Assembly (NCBI GenBank): GCA_016217925.1
Contig: JACRFK010000004.1
Coordinates: forward strand, 133,869 to 197,868
Source: Candidatus Kaiserbacteria bacterium
GTDB taxonomy: Bacteria > Patescibacteriota > Minisyncoccia > Phycocordibacterales > UBA2100
Reading direction: 5' to 3'
Length of the DNA: 64,000 bases
Made by a program: the position numbers and the translations under genes. This document shows positions 17,700-26,060 of the stretch, piece by piece (position 1 is the first letter of the stretch; each line of letters starts with the position of its first letter). The notes beneath the pieces are model-generated. The model was not told the DNA's origin, ran no database searches, and worked only from the letters and a program-made list of their open reading frames with translations.

Positions 17700-18138
17700 C
17701 TTGGCTTGTCCGATAGAGGACAGGGTTTATCCCCATGTATGTCCTTTACTCTGTCCTATAGGGGGCTACTATTCACCTTGGCCGCTCTTTCTGTCTCTCG
17801 TAACTCTAATCAGTTAACGAGTACATACATTACAAAGTACTCTCGCTACTAAATTAAACGGCACCTCTGTGTCGATTGGATGCAAAGGTACTTCGTGTAT
17901 AAACTCAAGTTCTTTTGGAGGAACGGAGATAACGCTAAAAGCCGCTTCACGGCGGCGACAGGTTAAAAGAGAAAGAAACCCGTCGCCAGGTGAGGCGGCT
18001 TTTTCTATTCCGGTTCGCTAGCTGCCTGTATCCCCTCAGAGCACGGACTTTTCTACTGAAAAGTCCTCAATCCTCGCCTCATCGGCTGCGGGGGCTCTTC
18101 GAGGACACAAGCAGCTCTCGAACGGCCCTCTTTTGTTG
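17700..18138 (+). other. 440-bp low-GC, highly structured non-coding region (candidate ncRNA locus)
   Basis: no ORF of 60 aa or more; extended stem-loop at 17941-18005 flanked by A-run and T-run; perfect 9-bp hairpin 18043-18070; hairpin plus T-run at 18090-18135. Confidence 0.25.
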
Positions 18139-19608
18139 TTATGAAACGTGATGCTTCTCCCTCAATTTCTGTATGGCCGCTTCGTCCTCCTCTTCGCGGC
18201 GGTCTTTGCCTGCTTCGCCAAGCTTGCGCAGTTCGGCATCCTCAATTTTCATAAGTTCAGAGGCTTTCTTTTCCAGGTATTCCTCGGTGTTTTTGGCGGG
18301 CTCGTCGAGCACTTCTTCGAGGAGCGCGTGCAATATCCAACCGATGCGGGGGCCGGGCTTCTCGCCGAGTTCGATGAGTTTTGTGCCGTCGATCTTGAGC
18401 ATGCCGACGGAAACTGGATCGCGCATTGCTTCGTCCACCATCGACATGTATTTACGCAAACGGAACGGGTGCGCCTTGGGACGGCCGGTACCGATGCGAT
18501 CGCAGACACGCAGATTGAGAAGGTCGTTAATATTTTCCTTGCCCACACGCGCTATCACCCGGCGCACTGCCGAGAGTGTGACGACTTCCGGGTCCGAGAA
18601 AAACATATGCGTGCGTACGAGTGTCGCCACATTATGTGTCGTCTCTTTTGGAAACCTGAGCTCATTAAGTATCTTCTTGGTCATACGTGCCGAGACGACG
18701 TCGTGACCGTGAAATGTCCAATCTTTCTTCTCGTCCGACCATACACGGGTCGCCGGCTTGCCCACGTCGTGCAAGAGTGCGGCAAGGCGCACGTCGAGCG
18801 GCCAGTCCTTGTCTGCGGCGTGTTGGAGGCTTCGCATCAGGTGTTCGAATACATCGAATGAATGCGCCTGGTTTTGCGCACAACCGATACCCTCTTCTAA
18901 TTCCGGAATAACGTATTTGAGAATGCCGAGCTTTTGAGCCACATACAGAGCTTGCAGCGGGCGGGGACTTAATACGATGCGCACGAGCTCGTCGCGCACG
19001 CGCTCACGCGAGATTTTCGCAAGCTGTGCCGCTTGTGCATTGATACCTTCGGCCGTCTGCGCATCAATAACGAAATCGAGCTCGGCGGCGATGCGCACTG
19101 CGCGCAGCATACGCAACGCGTCTTCTTCAAATCGCTCGTGCGGATTTCCGACGGTCTTGATGCGTTTCGCCGAGAGATCTTCACGGCCGCCGTGCTCGTC
19201 GACGAACTCCCCCGTTGAGGCGTCATAAGCGATAGCGTTGATTGTGAAGTCGCGCCGCTTCAAATCTTCCGACAACGTATCGCTGAAGGTGACTTCGTCC
19301 GGATGGCGGGCGTTTGAGTACTTCCCTTCCGTGCGATACGGCGTCACCTCGATGACCTTGAGCCGCGGGTCTTCGGATTTTGTGACGACGCCGACGGTGC
19401 CGTACTCATTCTCATAAAAAGTGTCTTCGAAAAGTCCCTGGATTTTCTCCGGCGTCGCATCTGTCGTGATGTCCCAATCCTTCGGCTCGCGGCCGATGAC
19501 AAGATCGCGCACGCATCCGCCGACGAGGTACGCTTGGAATCCGGCAGTCTGCAGGGCGTCGGAAACGGACTGTACTTCTTTGGGGATGGCCAGCTTTACG
19601 GACTTCAT
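18139..19608 (-). CDS. cca: CCA-adding tRNA nucleotidyltransferase with HD domain
   Basis: GGCVRDLVIGREPKDWDITT, RRDFTINAIAYD, HD-domain LLHDVGKP; start set to MKSVKL because the upstream in-frame ATG overlaps tRNA-Arg. Confidence 0.85.
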   Translation of the reverse strand: MKSVKLAIPKEVQSVSDALQTAGFQAYLVGGCVRDLVIGREPKDWDITTDATPEKIQGLFEDTFYENEYGTVGVVTKSEDPRLKVIEVTPYRTEGKYSNARHPDEVTFSDTLSEDLKRRDFTINAIAYDASTGEFVDEHGGREDLSAKRIKTVGNPHERFEEDALRMLRAVRIAAELDFVIDAQTAEGINAQAAQLAKISRERVRDELVRIVLSPRPLQALYVAQKLGILKYVIPELEEGIGCAQNQAHSFDVFEHLMRSLQHAADKDWPLDVRLAALLHDVGKPATRVWSDEKKDWTFHGHDVVSARMTKKILNELRFPKETTHNVATLVRTHMFFSDPEVVTLSAVRRVIARVGKENINDLLNLRVCDRIGTGRPKAHPFRLRKYMSMVDEAMRDPVSVGMLKIDGTKLIELGEKPGPRIGWILHALLEEVLDEPAKNTEEYLEKKASELMKIEDAELRKLGEAGKDRREEEDEAAIQKLREKHHVS

Positions 19609-19634
19609 TTTGGTATTGTAACTCACAAGTGTGT

Positions 19635-19709
19635 TGGTGCTCCCGCCAGGATTCGAACCTGGAACGTCAGTTCCGAAGACTGATGTGATATCCATTTCAC
19701 CACGGGAGC
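19635..19709 (-). tRNA. tRNA-Arg (anticodon TCG), CCA encoded
   Basis: hand-folded cloverleaf: acceptor GCTCCCG/CGGGAGC, anticodon loop CTTCGGA, T-loop TTCGAAT, 3' ACCA. Confidence 0.8.
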
Positions 19710-19825
19710 TAGCGAGGGGCAAAATGAAAGCTTGCTTTCACTTTTCCCGAGCGACGATTCCGTATGCTCCAGACCTACGGGAGCGTTCACGCATAATACG
19801 CGGGCATGCCCCTGAATACAATCTG

Positions 19826-19896
19826 TGCGGATACGGGGAATCGAACCCCGATCTGTACCTTGGCAAGGTACCGTTCTACCACTAAACCATATCCGC
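19826..19896 (-). tRNA. tRNA-Gly (anticodon GCC)
   Basis: acceptor GCGGATA/TATCCGC, anticodon arm GTACC-TTGCCAA-GGTAC, T-loop TTCGATT; CCA not encoded. Confidence 0.8.
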
Positions 19897-19903
19897 GAGC
19901 GTC

Positions 19904-20584
19904 TCACATACTCGCATAATACTTCCGGTCCATCAACTCTTTTGGCAAGAGACTCATCCATTCGAGTATTTTCGTCTTAAAGTAACTGCTCGAAACCACA
20001 ATTATGCAAACGCCGTTCGGAAGTCGCTTCGTCTTGTGTCGTCCGGAAATCCTAATGCATTTCGTAAAGCTGTTCTTGTCGAGCGCGGAGTTTCTGGACC
20101 AATAAGTAAGGCACTCAGCGGCATTCAAGTCAGGATAAACGAGAACAGATGCCTTTATCTGTTTGCGCGGTATACGACATGCACGTGTCAGGAAAAATAC
20201 GAAGAGCCGTATCATCTCAGGATCAGTGTTCGTAAGGCGTGTATTATGCCGCGTAACCTTATCCCCCTCGCCCCAGTACAACATGAGTCCTGCTATAAAA
20301 AGAGGGTTGTATTTCAATTCTATGAACTCCTCCCGTGCTTCCCTCCGCGCCTCGTCGTAGGCGTTTTTTAGGTTGTTGCCGCGTATTTGATTAAGCTCGC
20401 GTAGCCTCTCTGTGCTCAACGTTGTGGCGGTCTTTGCGAGCCTCTTCCGGACACCTTGGGACCAATTCGCTTTACCAAACCAGCCCGAAAGGGTGGCTTT
20501 CGGAATCTTGAGAGCCTTGAGTATCTCGGAATAACTTTTCCCTTCACGGCGCATCGTGGTCGCAGCTTTCTTGTCGGCCCGCAT
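19904..20584 (-). CDS. HTH-domain protein with a single LAGLIDADG-like motif (possible homing-endonuclease-like mobile gene)
   Basis: N-terminal HTH-like GKSYSEILKALKIPKATLSGWF; motif GLMLYWGEGDKV; start set after the terminator hairpin at 20641-20668. Confidence 0.3.
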   Translation of the reverse strand: MRADKKAATTMRREGKSYSEILKALKIPKATLSGWFGKANWSQGVRKRLAKTATTLSTERLRELNQIRGNNLKNAYDEARREAREEFIELKYNPLFIAGLMLYWGEGDKVTRHNTRLTNTDPEMIRLFVFFLTRACRIPRKQIKASVLVYPDLNAAECLTYWSRNSALDKNSFTKCIRISGRHKTKRLPNGVCIIVVSSSYFKTKILEWMSLLPKELMDRKYYASM

Positions 20585-20595
20585 ATATACAGGAT

Positions 20596-20628
20596 AACAC
20601 GGGAGTTCGATTCTCCTCGCTCGCTCTA
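20596..20628 (+). other. tRNA 3'-half-like fragment (T-arm plus acceptor 3' strand without a 5' partner)
   Basis: ACGGGAGTTCGATTCTCCTCGCTCGCTCTA; no complementary acceptor 5' strand found within 700 bp upstream. Confidence 0.3.
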
Positions 20629-20640
20629 AGAACCAACGAA

Positions 20641-20668
20641 GAAAAACGCCGGGCATCCAGCGTTTTTC
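20641..20668. terminator. bidirectional terminator
   Basis: AAAAACGCcgggcatccaGCGTTTTTC. Confidence 0.5.
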
Positions 20669-20690
20669 TTTGTGCAGAAGCTAATAAATC

Positions 20691-21683
20691 TTACTTCTTT
20701 GGCGGCGGAGTGATGATCGTTGCGGAAGTCGTTTTTGTCTCTTGGATGAGGAGCAGTTGGGTTACGCGCGGATGATTCCAGAACGCTGCAAGTAAGCCCA
20801 ATACGGCGATAAGGAATGCGGCGAGAGGCATCCAGAGAGCTGCTCTGCACGAGATAGAGAAGTACCAGAACGCGAGAAGAAGGAGCAGAAGACCAAGGAT
20901 TATGGTCGCAATTCGCTCAGGAGTGCGGGCCCATGTCGCAGCCATCGGGAATTCAGCCCAGAGGGCAGCGCCAACGATAAGCGTGTACAGCACGAGTAAG
21001 ACGAGCCACAGACGGTATGCACCCACGTCCGTCGAGCATATGTTGCGCAAAGGATTGGACACGGTCTTCACGACAGGGGCCGGAGCGACGTTTGTAATGG
21101 CGGGAGCTTGGGTCGCGGCTGTCGTAGAAGGAGCCACGGTTGGTTTGACAGCCGGGTTCACGACAGTGGTTATAGGTGCGACCGATGGCGCAGCAGTTAC
21201 GGTGCTTACTGGCTGGCTCGGAATCACCACGGGCCCTGAGCCCACGCTCATGGATACGACGGTCATACATACCGGGCTGCCAGTGCGCGCCGAGAGCAAG
21301 GTGACCGAGAGCGGAAGTGTGCCTACTATGGGCGTCGTCCCGATGTCAACGTGAACGCGGAGCATTCCCGAAGCGTCTACGCGGCGGGTCATAAGGTTGA
21401 AGGATATTGACGTGTTCCCTACTGAACCGAGAAGAGCAACATAAGAAGGATCAGAGACGGTGAATTCAAATGAATGAAGAGCCCCATCGTACATGTACGG
21501 AGTAAAGTTTGACACTGATATCGGCGCACAGGAATTACCGCCGACGGGCAATACCTGCGCCGTTTGCGCGGCGACCTCAAGTGCCGAGGCGTTCGTCGGG
21601 AAGGCCGTGAGAAAGAAGGTAAGAGCAGTCGAAGCAAGAGCAAGAACGAACAATTGATAAGTTGTAACTCCGACCTGTTTCAT
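20691..21683 (-). CDS. hypothetical secreted/membrane protein with Pro/Thr/Val-rich linker
   Basis: signal peptide, low-complexity PTVAPSTTAATQAPA linker, C-terminal TM helices. Confidence 0.55.
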   Translation of the reverse strand: MKQVGVTTYQLFVLALASTALTFFLTAFPTNASALEVAAQTAQVLPVGGNSCAPISVSNFTPYMYDGALHSFEFTVSDPSYVALLGSVGNTSISFNLMTRRVDASGMLRVHVDIGTTPIVGTLPLSVTLLSARTGSPVCMTVVSMSVGSGPVVIPSQPVSTVTAAPSVAPITTVVNPAVKPTVAPSTTAATQAPAITNVAPAPVVKTVSNPLRNICSTDVGAYRLWLVLLVLYTLIVGAALWAEFPMAATWARTPERIATIILGLLLLLLAFWYFSISCRAALWMPLAAFLIAVLGLLAAFWNHPRVTQLLLIQETKTTSATIITPPPKK

Positions 21684-21869
21684 ATGAGCGAAACGTAGTA
21701 TACGAGTGGCATTGGCGTCAAGGAGAAATCGTGTTGTAAATGGACGTTTTTACCGCTCTTCTGAGCCAAGAATTCTAAAGGACAAACGTTAATTATGCAC
21801 TTCAATCACGTGGTGTTTCTTGTTGGGCAAGAAAAGCGAGCAACGACAGAGATATTTTGTGCATGAAAC

Positions 21870-22070
21870 TGTGGACAACTCTGTGGACATGTGGATAACG
21901 GACAGAGCTCTTTGCGTTGATGTCCGTTCTATGTGCAATATATCCATATAAGAAGCCATATATCTGGAAGAGCAGCTATCGGGCATAAAAGACAAATAAT
22001 GTTACTTAAGAAACACAATAGAGATGTTTCGCGTGAAATCCTCTTCATAATATGGCGTATACTGTGGATA
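21870..22070. promoter_or_regulatory. cluster of DnaA-box-like 9-mers in a low-GC intergenic region
   Basis: TGTGGACAA 21870-21878, TGTGGACAT 21882-21890, perfect TGTGGATAA 21890-21898, TGTGGATAT 22062-22070, with AT-rich sequence between. Confidence 0.4.
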
Positions 22071-22071
22071 T

Positions 22072-22464
22072 ATGGTTGGTGACGCAGCGAGAAAAGAAGT
22101 TGGTCGCCTCGGGGAAGACATCGCCGCTCAGTTTCTTCTAAGGAAGGGTTTCAGTATCCTTGCCAGGAATTATCGGAAGCCGTGGGGCGAGATCGACATC
22201 ATTGCGGAAAAGGACGGGATTGTGCGGTTCGTGGAGGTAAAGGCAGTTTCACGTGAACCTCTGTCGAGTATTTCGGATGAGATATCCAACTACAGGCCTG
22301 AAGAGCAGGTGCATCCCACGAAGCTCAAGAAGATCTGCCGGACAGCTGAGCTCTACATGGCTAATAACAAAGACGAAAGGGAATTTCAGGTTGATGTAGT
22401 AGGCGTATTTCTGGACATGAGGGGCCGCAAGGCCCGCTGCCGGCTCCTGGAGCAAGTCCTGTAG
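22072..22464 (+). CDS. UPF0102/YraN-family endonuclease-like protein
   Basis: GEDIAAQFLLRKGFSILARNYR...GEIDIIA...RFVEVKA matches the YraN family. Confidence 0.7.
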   Translation: MVGDAARKEVGRLGEDIAAQFLLRKGFSILARNYRKPWGEIDIIAEKDGIVRFVEVKAVSREPLSSISDEISNYRPEEQVHPTKLKKICRTAELYMANNKDEREFQVDVVGVFLDMRGRKARCRLLEQVL

Positions 22465-22512
22465 CCCCACAGCGATAAAGGACACACTGTCCGATAGGAT
22501 GTCCCTTAGAAG

Positions 22513-23247
22513 CTAGACGGCCTTCCACATGAGTGAATGCATATTCCTGAATAAATCAGCAATATCTTTGTTCTCGATAACGACCGCAGAGAGATCCCGC
22601 AAGCTAATGAGGGCAACCTTTTCACTATAAATAAGCACGTCCACATTACTGTCGAACCAATCCGGGAGTTTTTTAGAGACCTTGTTTGAGGGCCCGTTCT
22701 TTTTACGTATCTCCTGTAGCGTTTTGTAGTGTTTGTCTGCGACGAACAGGTCGCGGCTCGCTATCGCGTATTGGGTTATAGATTTGTCAAAATCGTCGTA
22801 GTCTTGTTCGGTGAAATTCTCGAAGAATGTCGTAGGTGGGAAAATCGAATACACTACCCCGACTGTCTTGAAGAGATCCTCGTAGATGAGTTTCAGTTGC
22901 CGTTTCCCCTCGAAATACGTCACTCGCGGCCTATTTACGGCATACTCGTGAATAGTACCCATTTCAAGGATTGCGCCCTCTATATTGGCCATATTTCTAC
23001 GAAAGGTGGTGAAAACTCTCTGGGGGGCCACGGCGGAGTAATAGGTGCGTTTACCGGAGGGTTCACGTGTAACGTAGTCTTTTGCGAGCAGTTGGTCTAT
23101 GTACTCATAGCAAGATGCCCGTTTTATGCTGGTTTCTCGGGAGATCTGAGAAACGGTCATCCGTGGTCGTTTCAGTAGGGCGAGATATATATTTGCCTCT
23201 TTTTCATCCAGACCCATTGTCCGGAGTGCCTCCAGTGAGCGCTGCAT
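22513..23247 (-). CDS. TrmB-family transcriptional regulator (paralog 3)
   Basis: LRTMGLDEKEANIYLALL N-terminal HTH. Confidence 0.7.
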   Translation of the reverse strand: MQRSLEALRTMGLDEKEANIYLALLKRPRMTVSQISRETSIKRASCYEYIDQLLAKDYVTREPSGKRTYYSAVAPQRVFTTFRRNMANIEGAILEMGTIHEYAVNRPRVTYFEGKRQLKLIYEDLFKTVGVVYSIFPPTTFFENFTEQDYDDFDKSITQYAIASRDLFVADKHYKTLQEIRKKNGPSNKVSKKLPDWFDSNVDVLIYSEKVALISLRDLSAVVIENKDIADLFRNMHSLMWKAV

Positions 23248-23441
23248 GAGGGCAGTATCTCAGATACACAGAATATGTCAATAAATCCGACACATTTGTG
23301 CTAATAAGTATTCAGGAAGGGCTTAGAGTATAGATTTGATAGTCTATGATGTCGCATATTACAGCATATTATCTGAACTTCGTCCATAATGCTGCCAACT
23401 GGAGAAGGGCTCCAGAGTTCATTGAAAGGGAGACAAAGGCT

Positions 23442-23657
23442 ATGCGCAAGATTATTGGATGGTTGCTCATCGTCATTCTGCTCATTGGAGCAGGATATCT
23501 GGTTGTGAATCCCCCGAAAGCTGCCTGCTTTATAGGGTCGGGCCACTACACGAATCGTTGGAGAGGGCCACTTGAGGGCCGCGAACAGTGGATAGCTGAT
23601 CGTATGTCCAACGCGGCAGTTCGTGACGGTTGCTACGGCTGGGGGAGGGATCCATGA
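23442..23657 (+). CDS. small membrane protein (71 aa)
   Basis: ATG preceded by AAGGGAGA; TM helix IIGWLLIVILLIGAGYLVV. Confidence 0.4.
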   Translation: MRKIIGWLLIVILLIGAGYLVVNPPKAACFIGSGHYTNRWRGPLEGREQWIADRMSNAAVRDGCYGWGRDP

Positions 23658-24136
23658 TCACTAATGCTTGCCACTTCAAAACCAAGTTCGGAATGTTCGA
23701 TCTAACGCTCCATAAGCGGTTCTGGTGGAGTAAAGGTTATCTAGCGCTCACCTACGGCGATACTGCAAGCGGCATACCTATAATCCGCCTGCAGTCAACT
23801 TGTCTCTTCGGAACGGCACTTCACTCGATTGAGTGTGATTGCAAACGCCAACTCAATGATGCGTTCAGGCAAATCAAGAAACATGGTCGAGGAGTCGTTG
23901 TGTATGCGCTCGAAGAAGAGGGAAAGGGGAACGGACTTGAAGACAAAATTGACTCGATGCTAGACAAATGCGGTCATCCTTACCTCGATAGTCTGTACGT
24001 TCTGGTGGATAAACGTAGGTATTCGGGTGCCGCGCGTGTTCTTACAGAACTTTCTGTTAGTAAACGCATCCACGTGCTTACCCAGAACGAAGAAAAGTGT
24101 GAAGCCCTTCGGAAAGCGGGTTTCGTTATTCTCTGA
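23654..24136 (+). CDS. GTP cyclohydrolase II (RibA)-like protein, short form
   Basis: zinc-site pattern C..(9)..CDC and GRGVVVYALEEEGKGNGLEDKI resemble RibA; start ATG preceded by GGGGGAGGG. Confidence 0.5.
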   Translation: MITNACHFKTKFGMFDLTLHKRFWWSKGYLALTYGDTASGIPIIRLQSTCLFGTALHSIECDCKRQLNDAFRQIKKHGRGVVVYALEEEGKGNGLEDKIDSMLDKCGHPYLDSLYVLVDKRRYSGAARVLTELSVSKRIHVLTQNEEKCEALRKAGFVIL

Positions 24137-24152
24137 AAGATGAGTTGTTCTC

Positions 24153-24187
24153 AGCCTCCGGTTTGACCCGGAGGCTTTTCTTTTGTC
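24153..24187 (+). terminator. rho-independent terminator
   Basis: AGCCTCCGGtttgacCCGGAGGCT followed by TTTCTTTTG. Confidence 0.75.
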
Positions 24188-24212
24188 TTGTGGTAGCATG
24201 CGCAACGAAGGA

Positions 24213-24283
24213 CGGGGCGTAGTATACCGGTAGTACGTCTGCTTTGGGAGCAGATAGACCGAGTTCGATTCTCGGCGCCCCGA
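24213..24283 (+). tRNA. tRNA-Pro (anticodon TGG)
   Basis: acceptor CGGGGCG/CGCCCCG with C1-G72, anticodon arm TCTGC-TTTGGGA-GCAGA, T-loop TTCGATT. Confidence 0.8.
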
Positions 24284-24421
24284 ATGCAATGAGGAAGAAC
24301 AGGCAAACTGCTTTGCCTGTGTCCGGAATCGAAAGGCGGAGCGCTGCCGCTTTGCGGCCGCGAGCCCGGGCCGGCGGTACTTATGAACAAAGCGAATTAG
24401 TAACCGTGGCCGATTCTCGGC
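24267..24421 (+). repeat. 20-21 bp direct repeat of the tRNA-Pro 3' end flanking a ~115 bp GC-rich palindromic segment (att-like)
   Basis: GATTCTCGGCGCCCCGAATG at 24267-24286 (inside the tRNA) and again at 24402-24421. Confidence 0.6.
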
Positions 24422-24449
24422 GCCCCGAATGTTGTGCGCAGCCGCAGTC

Positions 24450-25694
24450 CTACTTTCCGAGCTGCGCTACGTAGAGGTCTATCAATCTTGGCGCGGTGTG
24501 TGTATTAAAATCGAGTGCTTCAGCGACGATATCACCGCCGAGCGTGGTCGCGATGTCGAATTGTGTTTGGGTTGCGAGATCGCGATTGATGTAACTTAGA
24601 GTAACGGCGCGGAGGTCGCGCGTGGCGGTGGTTTCGCCCTCGCTCGTCGTTGATATGAGGGCGATGAGCCTGCCCCAGGCATTCACGACGGCGCCGCCCG
24701 AAGAGCCACCTTGCGCCTCGATGATGCCGCCGAGGGAGATGAGGTCGACCGTTTTTGTGGCGAATGTCATGAGCGCTCCTATCGTGGTCACCGAGGATGC
24801 TGGATACATATTGAATTGTGCCGCCGCCGCAAGGAATTCTGCGGGATAGGTGGCCACCAAGACCTGGTCGTCCTTGAAGCCGATGGCCTCTCGCGTGTCC
24901 ACGGGGAGATGGGGGAAGTAGCTCGGGAGCGGCGTACTGTCGACCGTGCCAGTTATGCGCAGTAGGGCGTAGTCGTGTTCACCGGTGCCGACCGGATTCT
25001 TCATCTCAATCTCGGGGGCGTGGACCTCGACCCATACGGGCGGGATGTAGAGGATCTCGGCGTGCCACCGTGGGGTCGCCGGTGCCCCCGTGCGAATAAC
25101 ACAAGATAGGTTAATGCGCGAGCTCTGAGAGAGGAGCACGTATTGCGCGACGTGTGCATTGGTGAGTATGACTCCTCGCGGGTCAATGATTACTCCGGAA
25201 CCGGAAATAGGGGATAGAGACGCCGCGCCGCGCGGCGTGCAAAGGATATTTACAAGTGCGGGTCGCGTAATCGCATTTATGGATTCAAATGAAACTGGCG
25301 CGAAGGAATAGGGGTTCTTGATACGCAAGGCCTGGTTGTCGGGCGGCCTCTGTTGTGCGACCGGCTGTTTTACCGTCACTTTTTTTACAACGGTTTTCGC
25401 TGAGGTAGTTGCCTTGGTCTGCTCGGTAGTTGAGGTCGCCAGGGGGAGGGGTGCGTCGGTCCCGATATTCACCGCTGCTGCCTGTGCCTCGCCCGTCGGT
25501 CTCGCCCCGCCGCCCGCGGGGCTCGTCTCGGGCTCTGCGACTATCGGAGTTATCGTAGGTGTCGGCCATTGGTAGAGAACGAGAAAGAAACCGCTCGCGA
25601 TCAGGGCGAGTGCCGCTATGTTGACTAAAAGTGAGGAGAGGCCGGATTTCATTTGCTTGAATATACGCTGTCTGGGTAGTTTTCGCAAAATCAC
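24450..25694 (-). CDS. membrane-anchored trypsin-like serine protease (HtrA/S1 family)
   Basis: TM anchor; His-site GSGVIIDPRGVILTNAHV; Ser-site GGSSGGAV. Confidence 0.7.
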   Translation of the reverse strand: MILRKLPRQRIFKQMKSGLSSLLVNIAALALIASGFFLVLYQWPTPTITPIVAEPETSPAGGGARPTGEAQAAAVNIGTDAPLPLATSTTEQTKATTSAKTVVKKVTVKQPVAQQRPPDNQALRIKNPYSFAPVSFESINAITRPALVNILCTPRGAASLSPISGSGVIIDPRGVILTNAHVAQYVLLSQSSRINLSCVIRTGAPATPRWHAEILYIPPVWVEVHAPEIEMKNPVGTGEHDYALLRITGTVDSTPLPSYFPHLPVDTREAIGFKDDQVLVATYPAEFLAAAAQFNMYPASSVTTIGALMTFATKTVDLISLGGIIEAQGGSSGGAVVNAWGRLIALISTTSEGETTATRDLRAVTLSYINRDLATQTQFDIATTLGGDIVAEALDFNTHTAPRLIDLYVAQLGK

Positions 25695-25719
25695 GAATTC
25701 AGTGTATTCTTCTCTAAAA

Positions 25720-25790
25720 GCGGGATTAGTTTAGTGGTAAAACGTCAGTTTTCCAAACTGAAGTTGGGAGTTCGATTCCCCCATCCCGCA
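25720..25790 (+). tRNA. tRNA-Gly (anticodon TCC)
   Basis: acceptor GCGGGAT/ATCCCGC, D-arm GTTT-AGTGGTA-AAAC, anticodon arm TCAGT-TTTCCAA-ACTGA, T-loop TTCGATT (one A-C mismatch in the T-stem). Confidence 0.7.
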
Positions 25791-25961
25791 TTAAAACTGC
25801 CGACGCCACAGCGACGCTGTGGCGTCGTGCTGGTTTTTGCGGGTGGGTGATGAGAAAGACGGAGGCGGGGCCCCCGCGAGCTCGCGGGGAGCCGAGTCGG
25901 GGTCGCGGAAATTCGCGAGCGGCGGCGAACGAATTACCGTGACCGATTCCCCCATCCCGCA
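25773..25961 (+). repeat. 18-bp direct repeat of the tRNA-Gly 3' end flanking a ~150 bp GC-rich segment (att-like)
   Basis: CGATTCCCCCATCCCGCA at 25773-25790 and 25944-25961; the second copy is preceded by CGAATTAccgtgaCCGATTC, as in the tRNA-Pro island. Confidence 0.6.
25801..25838 (+). terminator. rho-independent terminator after tRNA-Gly
   Basis: CGACGCCACAGcgacgCTGTGGCGTCG followed by tgcTGGTTTTT. Confidence 0.65.
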
Positions 25962-26060
25962 CATTTCGACAGGTTCGACGAGCTCACCGCAAGCAAGTTC
26001 AGTGCAAGCGAAACAAAATCCCGCCACTACGGCGGGATTTTGTGTAGAAATGCTAAAAAG

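Noticed and set aside
17700-18138. RNase P RNA or tmRNA in the xth-cca gap
   Set aside because: The GAAAAGUCC match to the RNase P P4 strand is half of a local perfect hairpin. No ACAGAACCCGGCUUA-like partner, no tmRNA GGGG...CCA ends and no tag-peptide ORF ending in AA were found. It is kept only as an unassigned structured region.
19609-19722. Upstream extension of cca to the first in-frame ATG at 19722
   Set aside because: The extension overlaps tRNA-Arg on the same strand. The conserved nucleotidyltransferase N-terminus begins at MKSVKL (19608).
19623-19961. 112-aa minus-strand ORF spanning the tRNA region
   Set aside because: It is composed of tRNA-Arg and tRNA-Gly sequence (a typical ...GSIPRIRT... 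tRNA read-through artefact).
20585-20656. First ATG (20656) of the HTH/LAGLIDADG-like ORF
   Set aside because: It sits inside a terminator-like hairpin (20641-20668) belonging to the upstream convergent gene. A downstream ATG at 20584 was preferred.
24244-24474. 76-aa ORF across the tRNA-Pro att-like island
   Set aside because: It covers tRNA-Pro and the GC-rich repeat segment and has no RBS. It is considered non-coding.
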